The notes under the pieces are model-generated. The model searched no databases and was not told where the DNA came from. It was given only the letters and a program-made list of their open reading frames with translations. Position numbers and translations under genes: made by a program. A stretch of 20,000 nt of DNA from Psammoneis japonica. Taxonomy: Eukaryota. Location of the stretch: assembly GCA_008632985.1 (NCBI GenBank), contig QPGO01000147.1, positions 182,707 through 202,706 of the forward strand, written 5' to 3'. Below, in pieces: positions 1-11,760 of the stretch (positions are counted from its first letter, which is position 1; each line of letters begins with the position of its first letter).

Positions 1-1484
1 TTCACTTGGTACCCTAGGGATCCAGCTCCATTACAGTAATTGGCTTTCCTGGCAAAGAAGCCGCTGATTCAGATTCCGCACTCTGGACAGGGACTCAAGG
101 CTTGAAAAGCATGGCGGTGCAAGCTGACTCAATTTAGGAATAAGCGCGGGTGGCGGACTCGTAATGCTTGAGCGCAAGATAAGGCTACAAACAAAGGCCG
201 TCACACAAAGCGCCCAAAGAGGAAAACTCGTTCTTCATCTTTTTCTTGAGCTGTGTACCGCTTTGCGTTCCTGCTGATAGGCGCGTAACGTGATCGCCTG
301 GCATCCCCTGCATGGTATAAGGAGGTGAGTGCATAATGCCTCCATAATAGCCTCAAAAGATAAAAGAGTGTAGGCAAATTCACCTTGTAATAAACAGCAG
401 GGGGATGCTGTATAGGTGGGCGCCAAGCAGCAGGGTGGAGAGCCTCTCTCGAAACGGCGGCTGGAGGAAAGAATAGAGATGCGTGATTTCCGACACGAAC
501 TCAAAATCTTGCTTGACGAGATTGCATTTTAATTGCCGTTCCACCGACGTTTCGATTGCACTTGTAGTAGCAGAAGTAGTCTTCTGTTTATCTCGCGAGA
601 CTTACAACCTTGCGTAAATCGACGTGATGTGGATCCCAATGTCCGCAGTACATCATGCCGTGGTTTGCTTTGTCTTGAGGCGATGCATCCACTGCATGTT
701 CAGGATCCGATTTCTCCCCCGGAGGCTCTAGAGTGGTGGATCCTTTTTCCTTGCCACGCCCTCGTGCTTTTGTTCTGAGGCGGTATTCAGTATGGTGGCG
801 ACAGATCATCCTCAACCTGCTTTCAATTGTCACTTGCCGTTGTTAGTTGCGTTGATTGGAAGCAGCCGCATCGCCCATCGCCGCCATCGCCGCAACATAA
901 TACCGCGGTATGAATATGACGTTGAGGGAGGAGCGTAAAAACCCGGATGTGTGTAGAAAAAGTCTGTCCATCGAGAGAATCTTTGGTTTACGACTCAGAT
1001 AGAGTCTAGTAGCTACTTAGCTAGCTAGAACCGTTCCGTGTCGACATGGGAACAGCTTGGTCAAGCTCTATACTCACTTAAAAGCGCGGTGAGAATTTGG
1101 GTTGGTCCACTTCGTTTAGTGCAAATGGAAAGGAATCGTTCAATGTGGGTCAAGTCGGAAGTCTATTGAATGGCAAATTACAACGTTTGGATGAATTGAA
1201 TGCTTTGAAACGAAACAGTGAGGGTGATGACAATACGGAGGAGCAGAGAAGGATGGTGATATAGTGCCGAGTAGTTGCGAGAATCTAGAGTGTCGTTCGT
1301 CTAACGCGTTTTAACGTTACGAAGTATATAGACAACGACGCCCGACGCACATGTTGTTGCTTTTGTATTTGGAAGTCTCTGTCAATCTCATTGGAGAGTC
1401 ATTCATAAAGTTGTCGTTGGCAGAGACACTGATGTTTTCTATTGCCTTGGCGTGTGAAGATTTTGTCTTTTGTCATCGGTAGTA

Positions 1485-2354
1485 CTACATTCCAAACGGA
1501 TCAATCTTGTTTTTCTTATCGCCTCGCGCCGTCTTTTTCTTTCCCGTCATTAAATCCCATACACTTGGCAATTCCAATTCTTGTTTTGTGTTTGTTGGAG
1601 CCGGCTTGACAATTGGCGTGGGATCCAATTCACCCGTCAAGACTCCATACAAGACACGCACGCCCAAGAAGAAAATACCAACTCCAGTCACACCAAAGAA
1701 TCCCGCCGCCAGACTCACCAATCCCATAACGACATTGCGAAATACACCCGACAATCTTAATACAAAGTACGACGTACTCTCGGGATTCATGGGGTGCATG
1801 GCAAAGAATTCGCCCAATCCATTGGTAAAGGTCCACAGCACAGCCGCCATGCCGAGAGCAAAGAGCGATCCGCCCAGTGCCACCCACGGATTGACCCCAT
1901 TCAAATCACGAACCTGCGCCAATCGCTCTTCTTGTTGCTTTTCCAACAAGGCTTGTTGTTCTTCCGACAGTAATTTCTCTTTTCCGAGTCCCAACTTTTT
2001 CCCCACGCTGGATCGAGCGCCGTACTTTTCTTGTTGCGTGACTTGTTCCAATTCTTCCAACAAACGTTGATTTACCGTGTTTGTGGCTGCAACCTGCTTT
2101 TCTTCTTCTTCGTCATCTTCTTCTTGCAATAGGGACGAGAAGAAAGCTCATTGGGCTGTTGCTTTTCGGGAGTGTCGTTGCTACTCGATAAAAGGCGTCG
2201 AGTAATACCGTCTCTATGACTAATCGAGGAGAACGATGGACGCATCGTGTCTTGCAAACATGGGACGTGGCGTTGTGAAACTTGTGCATCCCTCAAAAAA
2301 TAGAGCCGTAGTCAGAAGAGATAGCAAGAGACCTTTTCGTCTACAAGAGTCCAT
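1485..2354 (-). CDS. DUF3082-like membrane protein, probably plastid-targeted; 5' part interrupted (compensating frameshifts or an intron)
   Basis: ORF 1485-2129 has two hydrophobic helices (NPWVALGGSLFALGMAAVLWTFT...VFRNVVMGLVSLAAGFFGVTGVGIFFLGV), a pattern I recognise from cyanobacterial/plant DUF3082 proteins. An in-frame upstream ATG at 2354 gives MDSCRRKGLLLSLLTTALFFEGCTSFTTPRP, a signal peptide with an ASAFAP-like S-F junction. Stops lie between 2222 and ~2148 in this frame. Confidence 0.75.
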
Positions 2355-2522
2355 TGTGGATATGAGCACCAATAATTCGAAATGATGCTTGCCCATTGCA
2401 ATTGCGTTTGCTATGTATGCAATTGTTCTTTCGCGGATTGCAAGTGTTGCGAAAAAACACCAAAACTGATGCCGCCGACATGTTCAATGACAATGTGTGT
2501 GGTGGAAATCGCTTCCGGGCGA

Positions 2523-2638
2523 GGGACGTACCGACAGTATGTACATACGTACGTACGTACGTACGCTCCGACACGGTCCGTACGTCCCCCGAAACTCCCT
2601 CCGACACGGTCGGTGTGTTCCGAAACTCCCTCCGACAC
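2523..2638. repeat. Palindrome and direct-repeat cluster upstream of the DUF3082-like gene
   Basis: Inverted arms gggacgtaccgac (2523-2535) and gtccgtacgtccc (2576-2588); palindrome gtatgtacatac (2537-2548); (tacg)5 at 2546-2565; ccgaaactccctccgacac at 2589-2607 and 2620-2638; ctccgacac three times. Confidence 0.9.
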
Positions 2639-2904
2639 AACATTGAACAACATGACACATGTAATAGCTCGCCGCAGAACAACGAACGACGATGACGCGT
2701 CGACAACTGTTGCGGCAGAATCATTAAAAAGGGCTCTTCCAGACAAGGTGTTGAGCAGAGATGAAGCTGCGCCGAGTGGAGAGAGTCAGATGCAATGTGC
2801 ACTGACAATCAAATCGCAACGATCATCCGCTGTACTCGGCGCACAAGAAAAAATACCTGATTCATAATATGTTTCGTGCAGCCATATGCGTTCCTCGAAA
2901 TGGC

Positions 2905-3147
2905 TGTGATTTTCTCTTTTAATCGACACAACGAGATGACGAGAAAAGGCAAAAGGTTCATGCGTCTCGCTCGAAGGCAACAACAACACTGGCGCATCTC
3001 ATCGGCACTCGTGCGGTGGAGAATCCAGCCGCAGTTCTTTAGATTCGCTCGATCCAGATTCGGTTGACGATGCGCAATCAACGTCGCATTTGTCACATTT
3101 AAGAACATTGGGAAAGACACACAACTTCGTCGTTCGGCCCGTGAACT
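2905..3147 (+). repeat. Dispersed direct repeat, copy 1 (possible degenerate coding segment)
   Basis: Shares long matches with 6955-7291, e.g. atgcgtctcgctcgaagg, tgcggtggagaatccagcc, cagattcggttgacgatgcgcaatcaacgtcgc and aacttcgtcgttcggcc. Confidence 0.9.
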
Positions 3148-3345
3148 GGGTCCAAAGGACAGGGTGGTCCCAAACATATATCGGTACAGATAAGCTCACA
3201 TTGCCGCCCGTTGTGGAGCTTTGAGAAATATTGAATCAAAATGGGGGTCATTGGTTTGGCGGTCTTTATACAATTATCAAAGCTCGAAAAACTCATGAAC
3301 TTGACCAGTGAAGCTTATTTTGATCATTCATTGGAGTGAGTTCCA

Positions 3346-3744
3346 GTGAAAGCAAAGAGACAGTGTCCGTCTCTTCATCAACACCGGTTCAGTGTGTGTA
3401 TGTGTACAATCAAGCAAATCGGCCGCCCTACTCCCAACGTGTCGGATGGGAAATGCTTGCAGATCCCGAAATACGCAGTTTTGGCTCATTTCTTTTGGTT
3501 TGGAGATGACCCCGAGGCGGTCGAAGTGGACGAGTTTCGTGATGAAGTTTTGTTGGGAGCTGAATCGGCCGTCATGTACAACCTAATAATTACCTTTCCC
3601 AAAGACGATCTCTGCTATGCTATGGTGGCCATTCGTGGTGCCAGCTATGATGGGTGGGATAGATACTCGAATGGATGCCCAGAGTCTTTCAAGGTGTGTG
3701 CATATGTTGAGACTTTTTGTGTATGTATTGTATGTCTTGTGTAA
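3346..3744 (+). CDS. Possible short hypothetical protein or exon fragment
   Basis: 132-codon ORF with globular-looking composition (KYAVLAHFFWFGDDPEAVEVDEF...). No family recognised, and its 3' end runs into a local repeat. Confidence 0.3.
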   Translation: MKAKRQCPSLHQHRFSVCMCTIKQIGRPTPNVSDGKCLQIPKYAVLAHFFWFGDDPEAVEVDEFRDEVLLGAESAVMYNLIITFPKDDLCYAMVAIRGASYDGWDRYSNGCPESFKVCAYVETFCVCIVCLV

Positions 3745-3966
3745 GAGCTCGTTCTTCCGAGACTTGCTATATTTGCCCTATCCTACTTTAAATATATCTG
3801 TTCAAGGGCGTGGAAGAAACAGAGATACTCTTGTAAAAGGAATGGGGAACCATTTGTTTACCGGGTCGGAACGTGTTGGAAGGGCATGTATTGTATGTCT
3901 TGTGTAAGAGCTCGTTCTTCCGACACTTCCTATTTTCCCTATCCTTGATTAAATATCTGTTCAAGG
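3723..3966 (+). repeat. Local direct repeat of ~83 bp (3723-3807 and 3886-3966)
   Basis: The first 38 bp are identical (atgtattgtatgtcttgtgtaagagctcgttcttccga) and both copies end in atctgttcaagg; 78 bp spacer. Confidence 0.95.
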
Positions 3967-4567
3967 TGTGGCCCTGAAAGTGGTGAAGAATAGAAATCCT
4001 TGACCACTCGGCAGATGCATCTTGAACGACCTTTACGCTCTTTCGGACTGACTATCGGTAACACCATTTTCCGCTCTTTTGGCCACCCGCCGCATGCTAC
4101 CACCGCCGGCACTGGTTTACTTGACAGTTTAGAATCCTGGTTAAGCGCGAAGAGACATTCACCGGCACTGGTGTACTTGATAGCTTCGAATCCTAGTTTT
4201 CAAAAGCGTAAAGAGAGATATTCTAATTCATAATTTTTTGTTTTGTTTTCATAATTTTGATCTGTAGGCCTAATACTCTACAGTGCACTAAACAATCCCT
4301 CTTGAGCCCCAGTAACCCATACCTCACACCCGCGATATTGAATCCAACAATCCGTGAGCTTCTACCTTGCACGCGAAAAGTCTGTCCAATGTTTGTTTCT
4401 CGTTTTCTCATTCTCAGCATGACACCTGCTTACGGAAAGCAAGCTGGCATCTGAAATGACCATTATGTCCATACGACAATGCAGGTCTGGACGAAAAATA
4501 AGATACAATCATGGACAAACTTTTCCACCCGCAATAGCAAAAAACCCAGACCCAGTCAGAACACTCG

Positions 4568-6294
4568 TTACAAATCCGGATCGGGATCCTCCTCCAAGTA
4601 GGAATCAATCGTCTGTCTCTCGCTCCCATCCACACATTGAATGTCGTAGTACGCCACGAGATCATCATCAAAGTAGACATTTACAACTTTGGCCATTACA
4701 CGAGTGTTGTTGCGGCAGTAAAGCACGTCCTGGCCCTTCGTGTACGTTGAAATAGGAGTTTTCGGCGCAGGAGTGAGATGTGAATCGACGGCCTCTCTCT
4801 CTTCCCCATCAGGCATACGGACAGCATAGGTCGGGTAGAAGTCCTCGTGGGTGATAATTCTAACGACGACGGCAGGAGTGGCCTCTTGCCAACTTCGAGC
4901 CTTGTGAATCACTTTGTCACCCACCGAAAACTTTGGAGGAATCTCCAAGAAAACAAGCTCTCCTCCAGGTTCTTGCACTGGATTGGCATAATTCACTGAG
5001 CAAGGGGGGTAGCAGACAGAGTAGTGCCGAACTGTGTTGCCGTCATAGATGATTTCGTCGATTTCAGCTGGAATGGTTTTGTCGAAGAACCGATACTTGA
5101 ACGTCACCTTGTCCCCTACCGAATATAACTTTGGCTGGAGCACCTCGGAACAAGGCCCCATGACAGGGTCTTCTTTACATTTTGGATTCAAAAGCTCCGT
5201 GTCTCCTTCAGATGCTACCGAATACAACTTTGGCTGGGGCGCCTCGAAACAAGCTTCCTCGACAGTGTCTTCTTCTTCCTTTGGATTACACGGCTCGGTG
5301 TCTCCTTCAAATACCGCCGAATGCAACTTTGGGTGGGGCACCTCAAAAGGCTCCGCGTCTCCTTCAGATACTGCCGACTGTAACTTTGGCTGGGGCACGT
5401 TGTCTTTTTCTGCTTCCGATTCGACCGACGGTGGAGAGTTGTTCGTTGGAACCGGCTCGTGAAAGGCGCCACCATCGCAACCAGCATCGTTAACAGGGGT
5501 GAACCGATACTTCCTAGGGATTGACGTGGGCGGCGGAACTTCGATCGGCGGAACTTCGATCGGCGGAACTTTGATGTTGTTGAGTTTTTTTGTCCTCCAT
5601 TTGACCGACAGTGGAGAGTCCTTGTAGATAGGAACCGGATCGCGAGAGTCGCTACTGTTGCAACCAATGTCGTGAGTAGAGCTGAACTGGCACTTTGGAG
5701 CACTCGGCTTGGGAGGCAAAGCTTTGAAGATGTCTTTTTCTGATTTCATTTCGACCGCCGGTGGGGGTTTGTACATTTGAACTGGTTCGCGAATTGTGCT
5801 ACTGTTGCAACCAACACCGCGAGCAGGGCTGAGCTGGTGCTTCAGAGGGCTCGGCTTGGGAGGCAAAAGGTTGATCTTTTCTTTTTCTGACACCGGCTCA
5901 AGAAAAGCAATACTGTGCAATCAATGCCGTGAATAGGGCTGAAAGCAGGAAAAGGAACAGAAGGAATGCGACGTGAGAAACAAATGTTGTCGAACAGGCA
6001 GTACAAACAACGAGCGCAATAGAGAACTTACTGCAGAAATGGCTCATTGTCTTCAAAGGTCGAATCTGTAGTCCAACCCTCGTCGTCATAATGCGCCTGA
6101 GCCCGCTCCTCAAAGACAAGGTAGAGATAGATAAGACATACAGCCGCGAATAACCAGACGTTGACTGTCCTCAAAAAGAGAAACACGAGGAACCAGCAAA
6201 CCGCGACAAATGGGCTGAACTGATCAGGATCCATGATTCGGTCATAGGTACCAAAGAGAAACAAGGCGTTCAAGAAGAGGAAAGTGTACAACAT
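4568..6294 (-). CDS. Two-exon protein: N-terminal hydrophobic helices, Pro-rich internal repeats and three C-terminal Tudor/SH3-like beta-barrel modules
   Basis: Exon 6294-6032 (MLYTFLFLNALFLFG...) joins exon 5912-4568 in frame through a phase-2 intron at 6031-5913 (GTAAGT...TTGCACAG). Three modules start YSVGDKVTF, FSVGDKVIH and YTKGQDVLY; the last two contain YAVRMPDGEERE and YYDIQCVDGSERQT. The true start may lie further upstream. Confidence 0.8.
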
Positions 6295-6954
6295 GGTGAT
6301 ATTGTCGATGCGATACTTTACTTTCTTGCCAGAACTGCGATTGTGAGCCGAAGAAAGAGCGTGGGAAAGTGCGTGCTTGCATATTTCGGATTTTCGCGTG
6401 TAGGCAATCGTGTCCGCGAAGTGCAGAGTTGGTTTTGACACAATTTAAACGGTACTGGGTTTGATCCAAGTAATCATCTCGAATCCAAACTCGGAATACC
6501 GCTACAATCTTCAGCGCCATGGCCACAGCCTTTTTCATTTCCTCGTTTGCTTCTGACGACTGACGACTTCGCCAAAAGTCTCTGTGATGCAATAAATCTT
6601 ATTCGTGCTTTCCGTTGACACGCACATGACTGTTAATTATATATTTATTGGGGCTGTTGATTAGCTTCAAGCTGCGGCTGTGACGATCGCTGATGTTATT
6701 CGCCATCACCATCACACATACACCATGAGCGAATGCGCGACACTTTGCGGCTCCGATCCGAACTCTCTTTATGTCTGTATTTTCTGAGATAGCCTACATC
6801 AATCCTGCAAGTGACTCGTGGAAGTTCCATGCCGATACCAGGAACTCGTGCGCTTGATACATTGGTTTCGAGTATGCAAGAGGCTCCAGAACCATCCCGA
6901 TCAGGTGGAGATCAGCTTCCAGTCGAAAGAATGATCAAGTCTGCAGCAGACCCC

Positions 6955-7291
6955 GTCATTTTTCTCTTTTTATCGATACAACGAGACGATGGGCAACTGC
7001 TTCGGTTTGTCCATGAGCCGTTGTTTTCGTGCAAGCAATTGATTGCAGTCATTTGGTTGGTGGAAACAAGTCTATGATGCGGAGAAAATGCAATAGGTTT
7101 ATGCGTCTCGCTCGAAGGTGACAAGAATAACACTGGCGTATCCCAACGGTATTCCTGCGGTGGAGAATCCAGCCATAGTCCCTTAGATGCGCTCGATGCA
7201 GATTCGGTTGACGATGCGCAATCAACGTCGCGTTTGTCACATCTAAGAACATTGAGGGAAAAGAGATAACTTCGTCGTTCGGCCGGTGAAC
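6955..7291 (+). repeat. Dispersed direct repeat, copy 2, with an internal insertion relative to copy 1
   Basis: 6955-6993 matches ~2905-2943 (ttttctcttttxatcgayacaacgaga) and ~7080-7291 matches ~2940-3147. Confidence 0.9.
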
Positions 7292-8212
7292 CGACATGGA
7301 ATCTGCTCGACTTTGTCTCTCACCTTGCATCGTACCTCTTTCAAAAGTTAACTTCTACGAGAGCCAATATAAAACTATTCGCTAAAAGATCGGGATAGAA
7401 GTTCAAGCACGATCTCTCGCCTACCGGGATTTTACAGGAAGAAACAATTTCCGCCTCATTTCTGGCATGAGTATGTGAAATGCATCGATCAGCGGCCGAC
7501 TAGTTTTCTGGATATTTGTACTGGAAACTTCAGTCAGAATGCCTCATAGGAGAAGCATCGCTCTGCTACTGCGGGAATAGATGGATGTATCACGCCGGGT
7601 AAGGTCTTATTTGGAACGTGTGTCGCTCACGGTTCTCTCGCCGCTCACCTCGTCTGCGATTCCATTCTTTTCGAGCCCCACTGGTTGCGAGAAGCTGATG
7701 ATCCAAGGAATACATAGTTCCGCTTGGCTCTCGGAAACGAGACAGAGGCTCAGCTTGGCAATCTGACTGGCAACGCAATGAGCCTTACCGTGGTTTGTGA
7801 CGCTTTGTTGGCCGCAATCTCGTGCAGGTATCCCAGGCAAGCAGCTACGTAAGTACTGTAGGGCCCTATACTCTCGAATCAAAACTTAAAGGTAGGTACA
7901 AGAAGTTCATTTTAGAGAATACCTCCTTCTTGGGCGGGTTCGAGAAGTACTCTTCTTGGATAAGAAGTGGTTGCCATGCAAGAAGTTCGTTGTAGCGGGT
8001 TCTGTTGCTGAGTTTGTAGCATGTAACTTTAGATAGGATAGGCAAAGATTCTATTGTTGAAGTTGGTCCATGCACATACACTCTGCGATACTAAATAGTT
8101 CCAAAGTTCCAAAAACACACACTATAGTATTTCTCTGCTGTGCTATTGCATGCAATAAATACAAAACGTAACAATCAAGCCTTAGAAACCATACGGATTC
8201 CCATGTACCGGC

Positions 8213-8272
8213 GTGCAAAGACCCAAACTGACTAGAGCCCATGTGCAAAGACCCAAATTGACTAGAGCCCAT
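8213..8272. repeat. 30 bp tandem duplication in the 3' flank of the 8288-9539 gene
   Basis: gtgcaaagacccaaa(c/t)tgactagagcccat occurs twice with one mismatch. Confidence 0.95.
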
Positions 8273-8287
8273 CAGACGGTATCTAAT

Positions 8288-9539
8288 TCACGGTATTGAG
8301 GTGAGGATCGGCTCCAAATCTATCTCTTCACCCTCATCGTCGTCCTCCACATCGGGAGGAGTGTCTTGCTGTGGGTTTCTGTGGATGGTGCGTTAGCGGT
8401 TAAAAAAGTGTGAGCAAGAAGCTGTGTATCATACCTAAAATAAATGAAAAGACTTACCGCATCATCTCTCTCAACAACGCCATGGCATTGTTGCGCTCTC
8501 CCGCCCAAGTTTGCATGCAGCGCTCCTGACAAGCGCGATCTTTCCTTGCACTGCTCGCCAGCTCTGACAGGGTTTTAATTGCAAGCATGCGCTCCTCCAT
8601 GGTATTATTATGCTCTCCCGCCCAAGTTTGGATGGAGCGCTCCTGACTTCCTGCCCAATCTTGAAAAGAGCGCTCCTGACTATCTAGCCATTCGCTAAAG
8701 GAGCGCTGTTGAGCATCTTGCCAATCACGAAAGGAGCGCTCCTGATGAGCGCGGTCAAGAACCATACGATCGATAAGATTATGAACACTCTGCCGGCCAC
8801 GAGGGTCGTGACGTGGCGTCCCAAACCTTCCCTCAAAAGCTGACTTGTGAAACTTGTCGATAAGAAAGTCGTTGGAAGGCAAGTAAATGCCGCGACCATC
8901 TTGCTTCCCCCTGAAGAAGCGTTCCACCAATATCTTGAGGAAATTCTTGCCCGATTTGTAGTCAGACTTCAAATCGGAGTTATCGACTAAGATTGTCTGT
9001 GCGTTGTTCGCAAGCAAATAAAGGTAGACATCCGCAAAGCGGGAGGCGGGGCAGAGGATGTAGTCAGCTTCGTATTGCTGGCCTGAGTGCCTGTACATTA
9101 AGATACGAGGGTCGTTAGTCTTGACGTGAAAGGCCACATAGTCTGAGTTGGTGTCCGTGAACACACTGAGCTTGGGTAAAACTTTGTGTCGAAAAGAATA
9201 GCACCAAGCCTTTCGGGCCTCTGCACTGCCAGTGTTCATGTGCTCGTCATACATGGTCGCGTTGTCATTCCACCAATACCCCTTGAGAATGTCCGTCTTA
9301 TCATAATCATCCTTTGGTAAGAGAGTATACTTATCCGTTTGGGGGATGGCGTTGGTCAAATGACAATAAAACTCGTCGGACAAAAGATAGCGTCGATCGG
9401 CTGGAGCGAGGCTTTCAACGGCACGGTTCAGGTCTTGTCTCATTGTCTCGAGAGCCTTGTCGCCCCAAACAAGGCCCATACGTTCAAGGCGACTCCAGAG
9501 TCGAGGATCCAACACAGATTGGGAGGGATTCGAACTCAT
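8288..9539 (-). CDS. Two-exon hypothetical protein (~390 aa) with C-terminal 11-aa QERSF..W repeats and an acidic tail
   Basis: Long ORF from ATG 9539. Intron 8457-8379 has a GTAAGT donor, GCTAAC branch site and CCACAG acceptor, and continues in frame into RNPQQDTPPDVEDDDEGEEIDLEPILTSIP* ending at 8288. Confidence 0.85.
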
Positions 9540-9809
9540 AGTATCGAGTAAACAACAACAGCAAAAATGAGCACGGCGAGAACGGCGGTGCCTTTTTTGT
9601 GTGAATGAAATGCAACCTCCGCGCCAGCCGCCAGCGCGCGGTGCGTGACAGCGCCTTTTTGCAAAAAGTATCCACGACTCGGTAGGGCGGAGTCACCGTA
9701 GAAATCACGTAGTAAGGGGGCTAAATTCTTCGCAAAATTCTGTGAGTCTATTCGTCGACCGTTTTCGCTCTAGCGGTCGCAGGTCTCCACGGTCATCCAA
9801 AAATCTCAA

Positions 9810-11760
9810 GACCAGCACCTGCTGTGCTGGTTGGCACTGGCATGAGCAAAACACAAGGCAGTTTTGGACAACAAGTTTCAGAGGAAAAAATGTAGCTTGC
9901 ACATTAAAGATGAGGGGGTGCACATGATGACAGAACTCATCAGACAATCTTGAGGCAAAAAGAAGGGCAGCTGACCTCATGATGAATTTCAGATGTGCCA
10001 GCCACAGTGCCTCAAGTTCACGACAATGGCATTTTTCACATGCAAGAAGCAATGTGAAGGGTTGCTTCCCATCACTTGACTGACCTCATCACAGGAGCAA
10101 GTGCAGTCAACAACCCTGGATCAAGAGGCACAGAAGCGTGCTGACTGCTGCGCTGAAAGTGCAAGACACTGAAAGTGTGGTTCCTTGAAAGCCTGCAGTT
10201 GGCCACAGAAGTTCCACACAAGTGTGTCATGACCCAGCTGGCTGGGTGGCACAAACGCTGGTGAGCAGCACCACAAAGAATGTGGCCATTGTTGTGCAGA
10301 GGCTCAAGCATTGCACGCTTCAATGTCTTGTGCCAGCACAAGCTGTGCACAAAATGGTCTCACAATTTTGACAAGACAGGGCTTGTTTGTCACCACCCAA
10401 GTGCCCAGACATTGTTTCTGCATGAATCAGTTGGTGGCACAGCTGTCCACTCCTCAGCCAGAACTTTCTTTAAAGCCTTGTGCCCCCGAAGTGGGTGCCT
10501 GTGCAAGCTGCTTGCTCTCCTGTGGGCTTCCTGTCTGAAACTCAACGAGTCTTTGGACTTGGCCCCCCAGCTGCTGCTTTCTCAATGTGGCGCAAGCCTT
10601 GTGTTCATGTGCCACCCTCCACTCTCTCCTCACACAGCTCTTGTTGGCTTGGCCCCACTCATCTTCTTTGAAAAGAGTGCCCTCCTGTTCATTGCATGGG
10701 CAATGCCTTGCTTCAACCTGGGCTTCTCCTTCTTGGCAAACATTGCTTCTCTCAGAGCTTTGACATGCACATGGACCATGGTGCTGTCTTGTGCACAACT
10801 TCTTGCCACTCGGCACTGCTTCTCTCAGCATTTTTCACCAGAGCTTTGATGTGCTGCTGCTGCCACTCACAAAAGAGCATGCTTGTGAGCAGATTGCTGC
10901 TGCAAATTGTGCTGGAAGAGTTTGCTTTGCAGTGAACTGGCAAACTCAGCTTTTGCAGCAAAAAGAGCTGGGCTTGCAACAACCTCCTGCTCAAGCTGGG
11001 CAAGCTGGGCTTGCAAAGACAAAGAACATCTGCTCTGGCTTTTTCAAAAGTGCTTTGACTCCTTGTGTTGGAAACTTTCAAGAGTGCAGGGGAGGCTGGA
11101 TGACAGTGCTGGTTGTTTTTAGCCCGCTTCTGCCCACACTTCAATTGCCAACAGGTGAAGCTGTCTGAGCTTGCTGGCTTTGCCAGAGCTGCAACACAGC
11201 ATGAGTGTGGGGTCATCTGGCTGGGTGCTGGACAACTGGACAAGTTGATTGTCATCTGTGAAGCCCAGCCAGCTCAGATTGGCTGGGCTGCTTGTGCGTC
11301 ACTTTGAAAAAGACAGCTGCAGCCTTTGCGTCTGTGCAGCTGCAGCACCTTCAATCTGTGGAGGAGAGCCAGCCCCTGACAGCCTCAGCTGCCTCCCAAA
11401 ACTTGCCAGCACATCAGGAAAACTCTTTGGCAACCATGGTGGTGTGGAGCCACACCGGCCCCAGCTAAAATGAGACATTTCAAATTTGGGAGTGTTGAAA
11501 GAGCCACCTGGCAACTCGGAAATCACAGCGCCACAGTTTCTCAAGCACAGGGGCTCAAGCTTTGCACCGGTGTGGCGAGAAAAAAACTCTGAGAGGCAGA
11601 CATTTTCCAGCTTTTCACAACCATCCAAACTCCAGTCCCTCAAGCTTGTCAATTGTCCAATCTCTTGTGTCAGGATGACTGCACCGTGGCCACTCCCTTG
11701 CGTGCTGAAAGGTGCAAGAAGCTCGCCGGACACCATTGTTTTTGTCCCATCTCTGGTGCG
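9810..11760 (-). pseudogene. Hypermutated LRR-protein gene relic, copy 1 (left arm of inverted repeat)
   Basis: ORF 11299-11781 reads ILTQEIGQLTSLRDWSLDGCEKLENVCL...KLEPLCLRNC...ISELPG, matching an LRR consensus. Many stops and frameshifts downstream, near-absence of CpG and TpA, and colinear homology with the reverse complement of 14790-16740. Confidence 0.75.

Noticed and set aside
201..900. Possible spliced minus-strand gene (GTAAGT near 605, GTGAAT near 383)
   Set aside because: I could not build a consistent exon chain or recognise a product.
1507..2070. 187-aa plus-strand ORF
   Set aside because: Antisense shadow of the DUF3082-like gene.
7607..8081. Two adjacent minus-strand ORFs that might be a frameshifted gene
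   Set aside because: Short, with no recognisable motif or splice support.
8213..8272. CRISPR-like 30 bp repeats
   Set aside because: Only two abutting units, no spacers, eukaryotic context.
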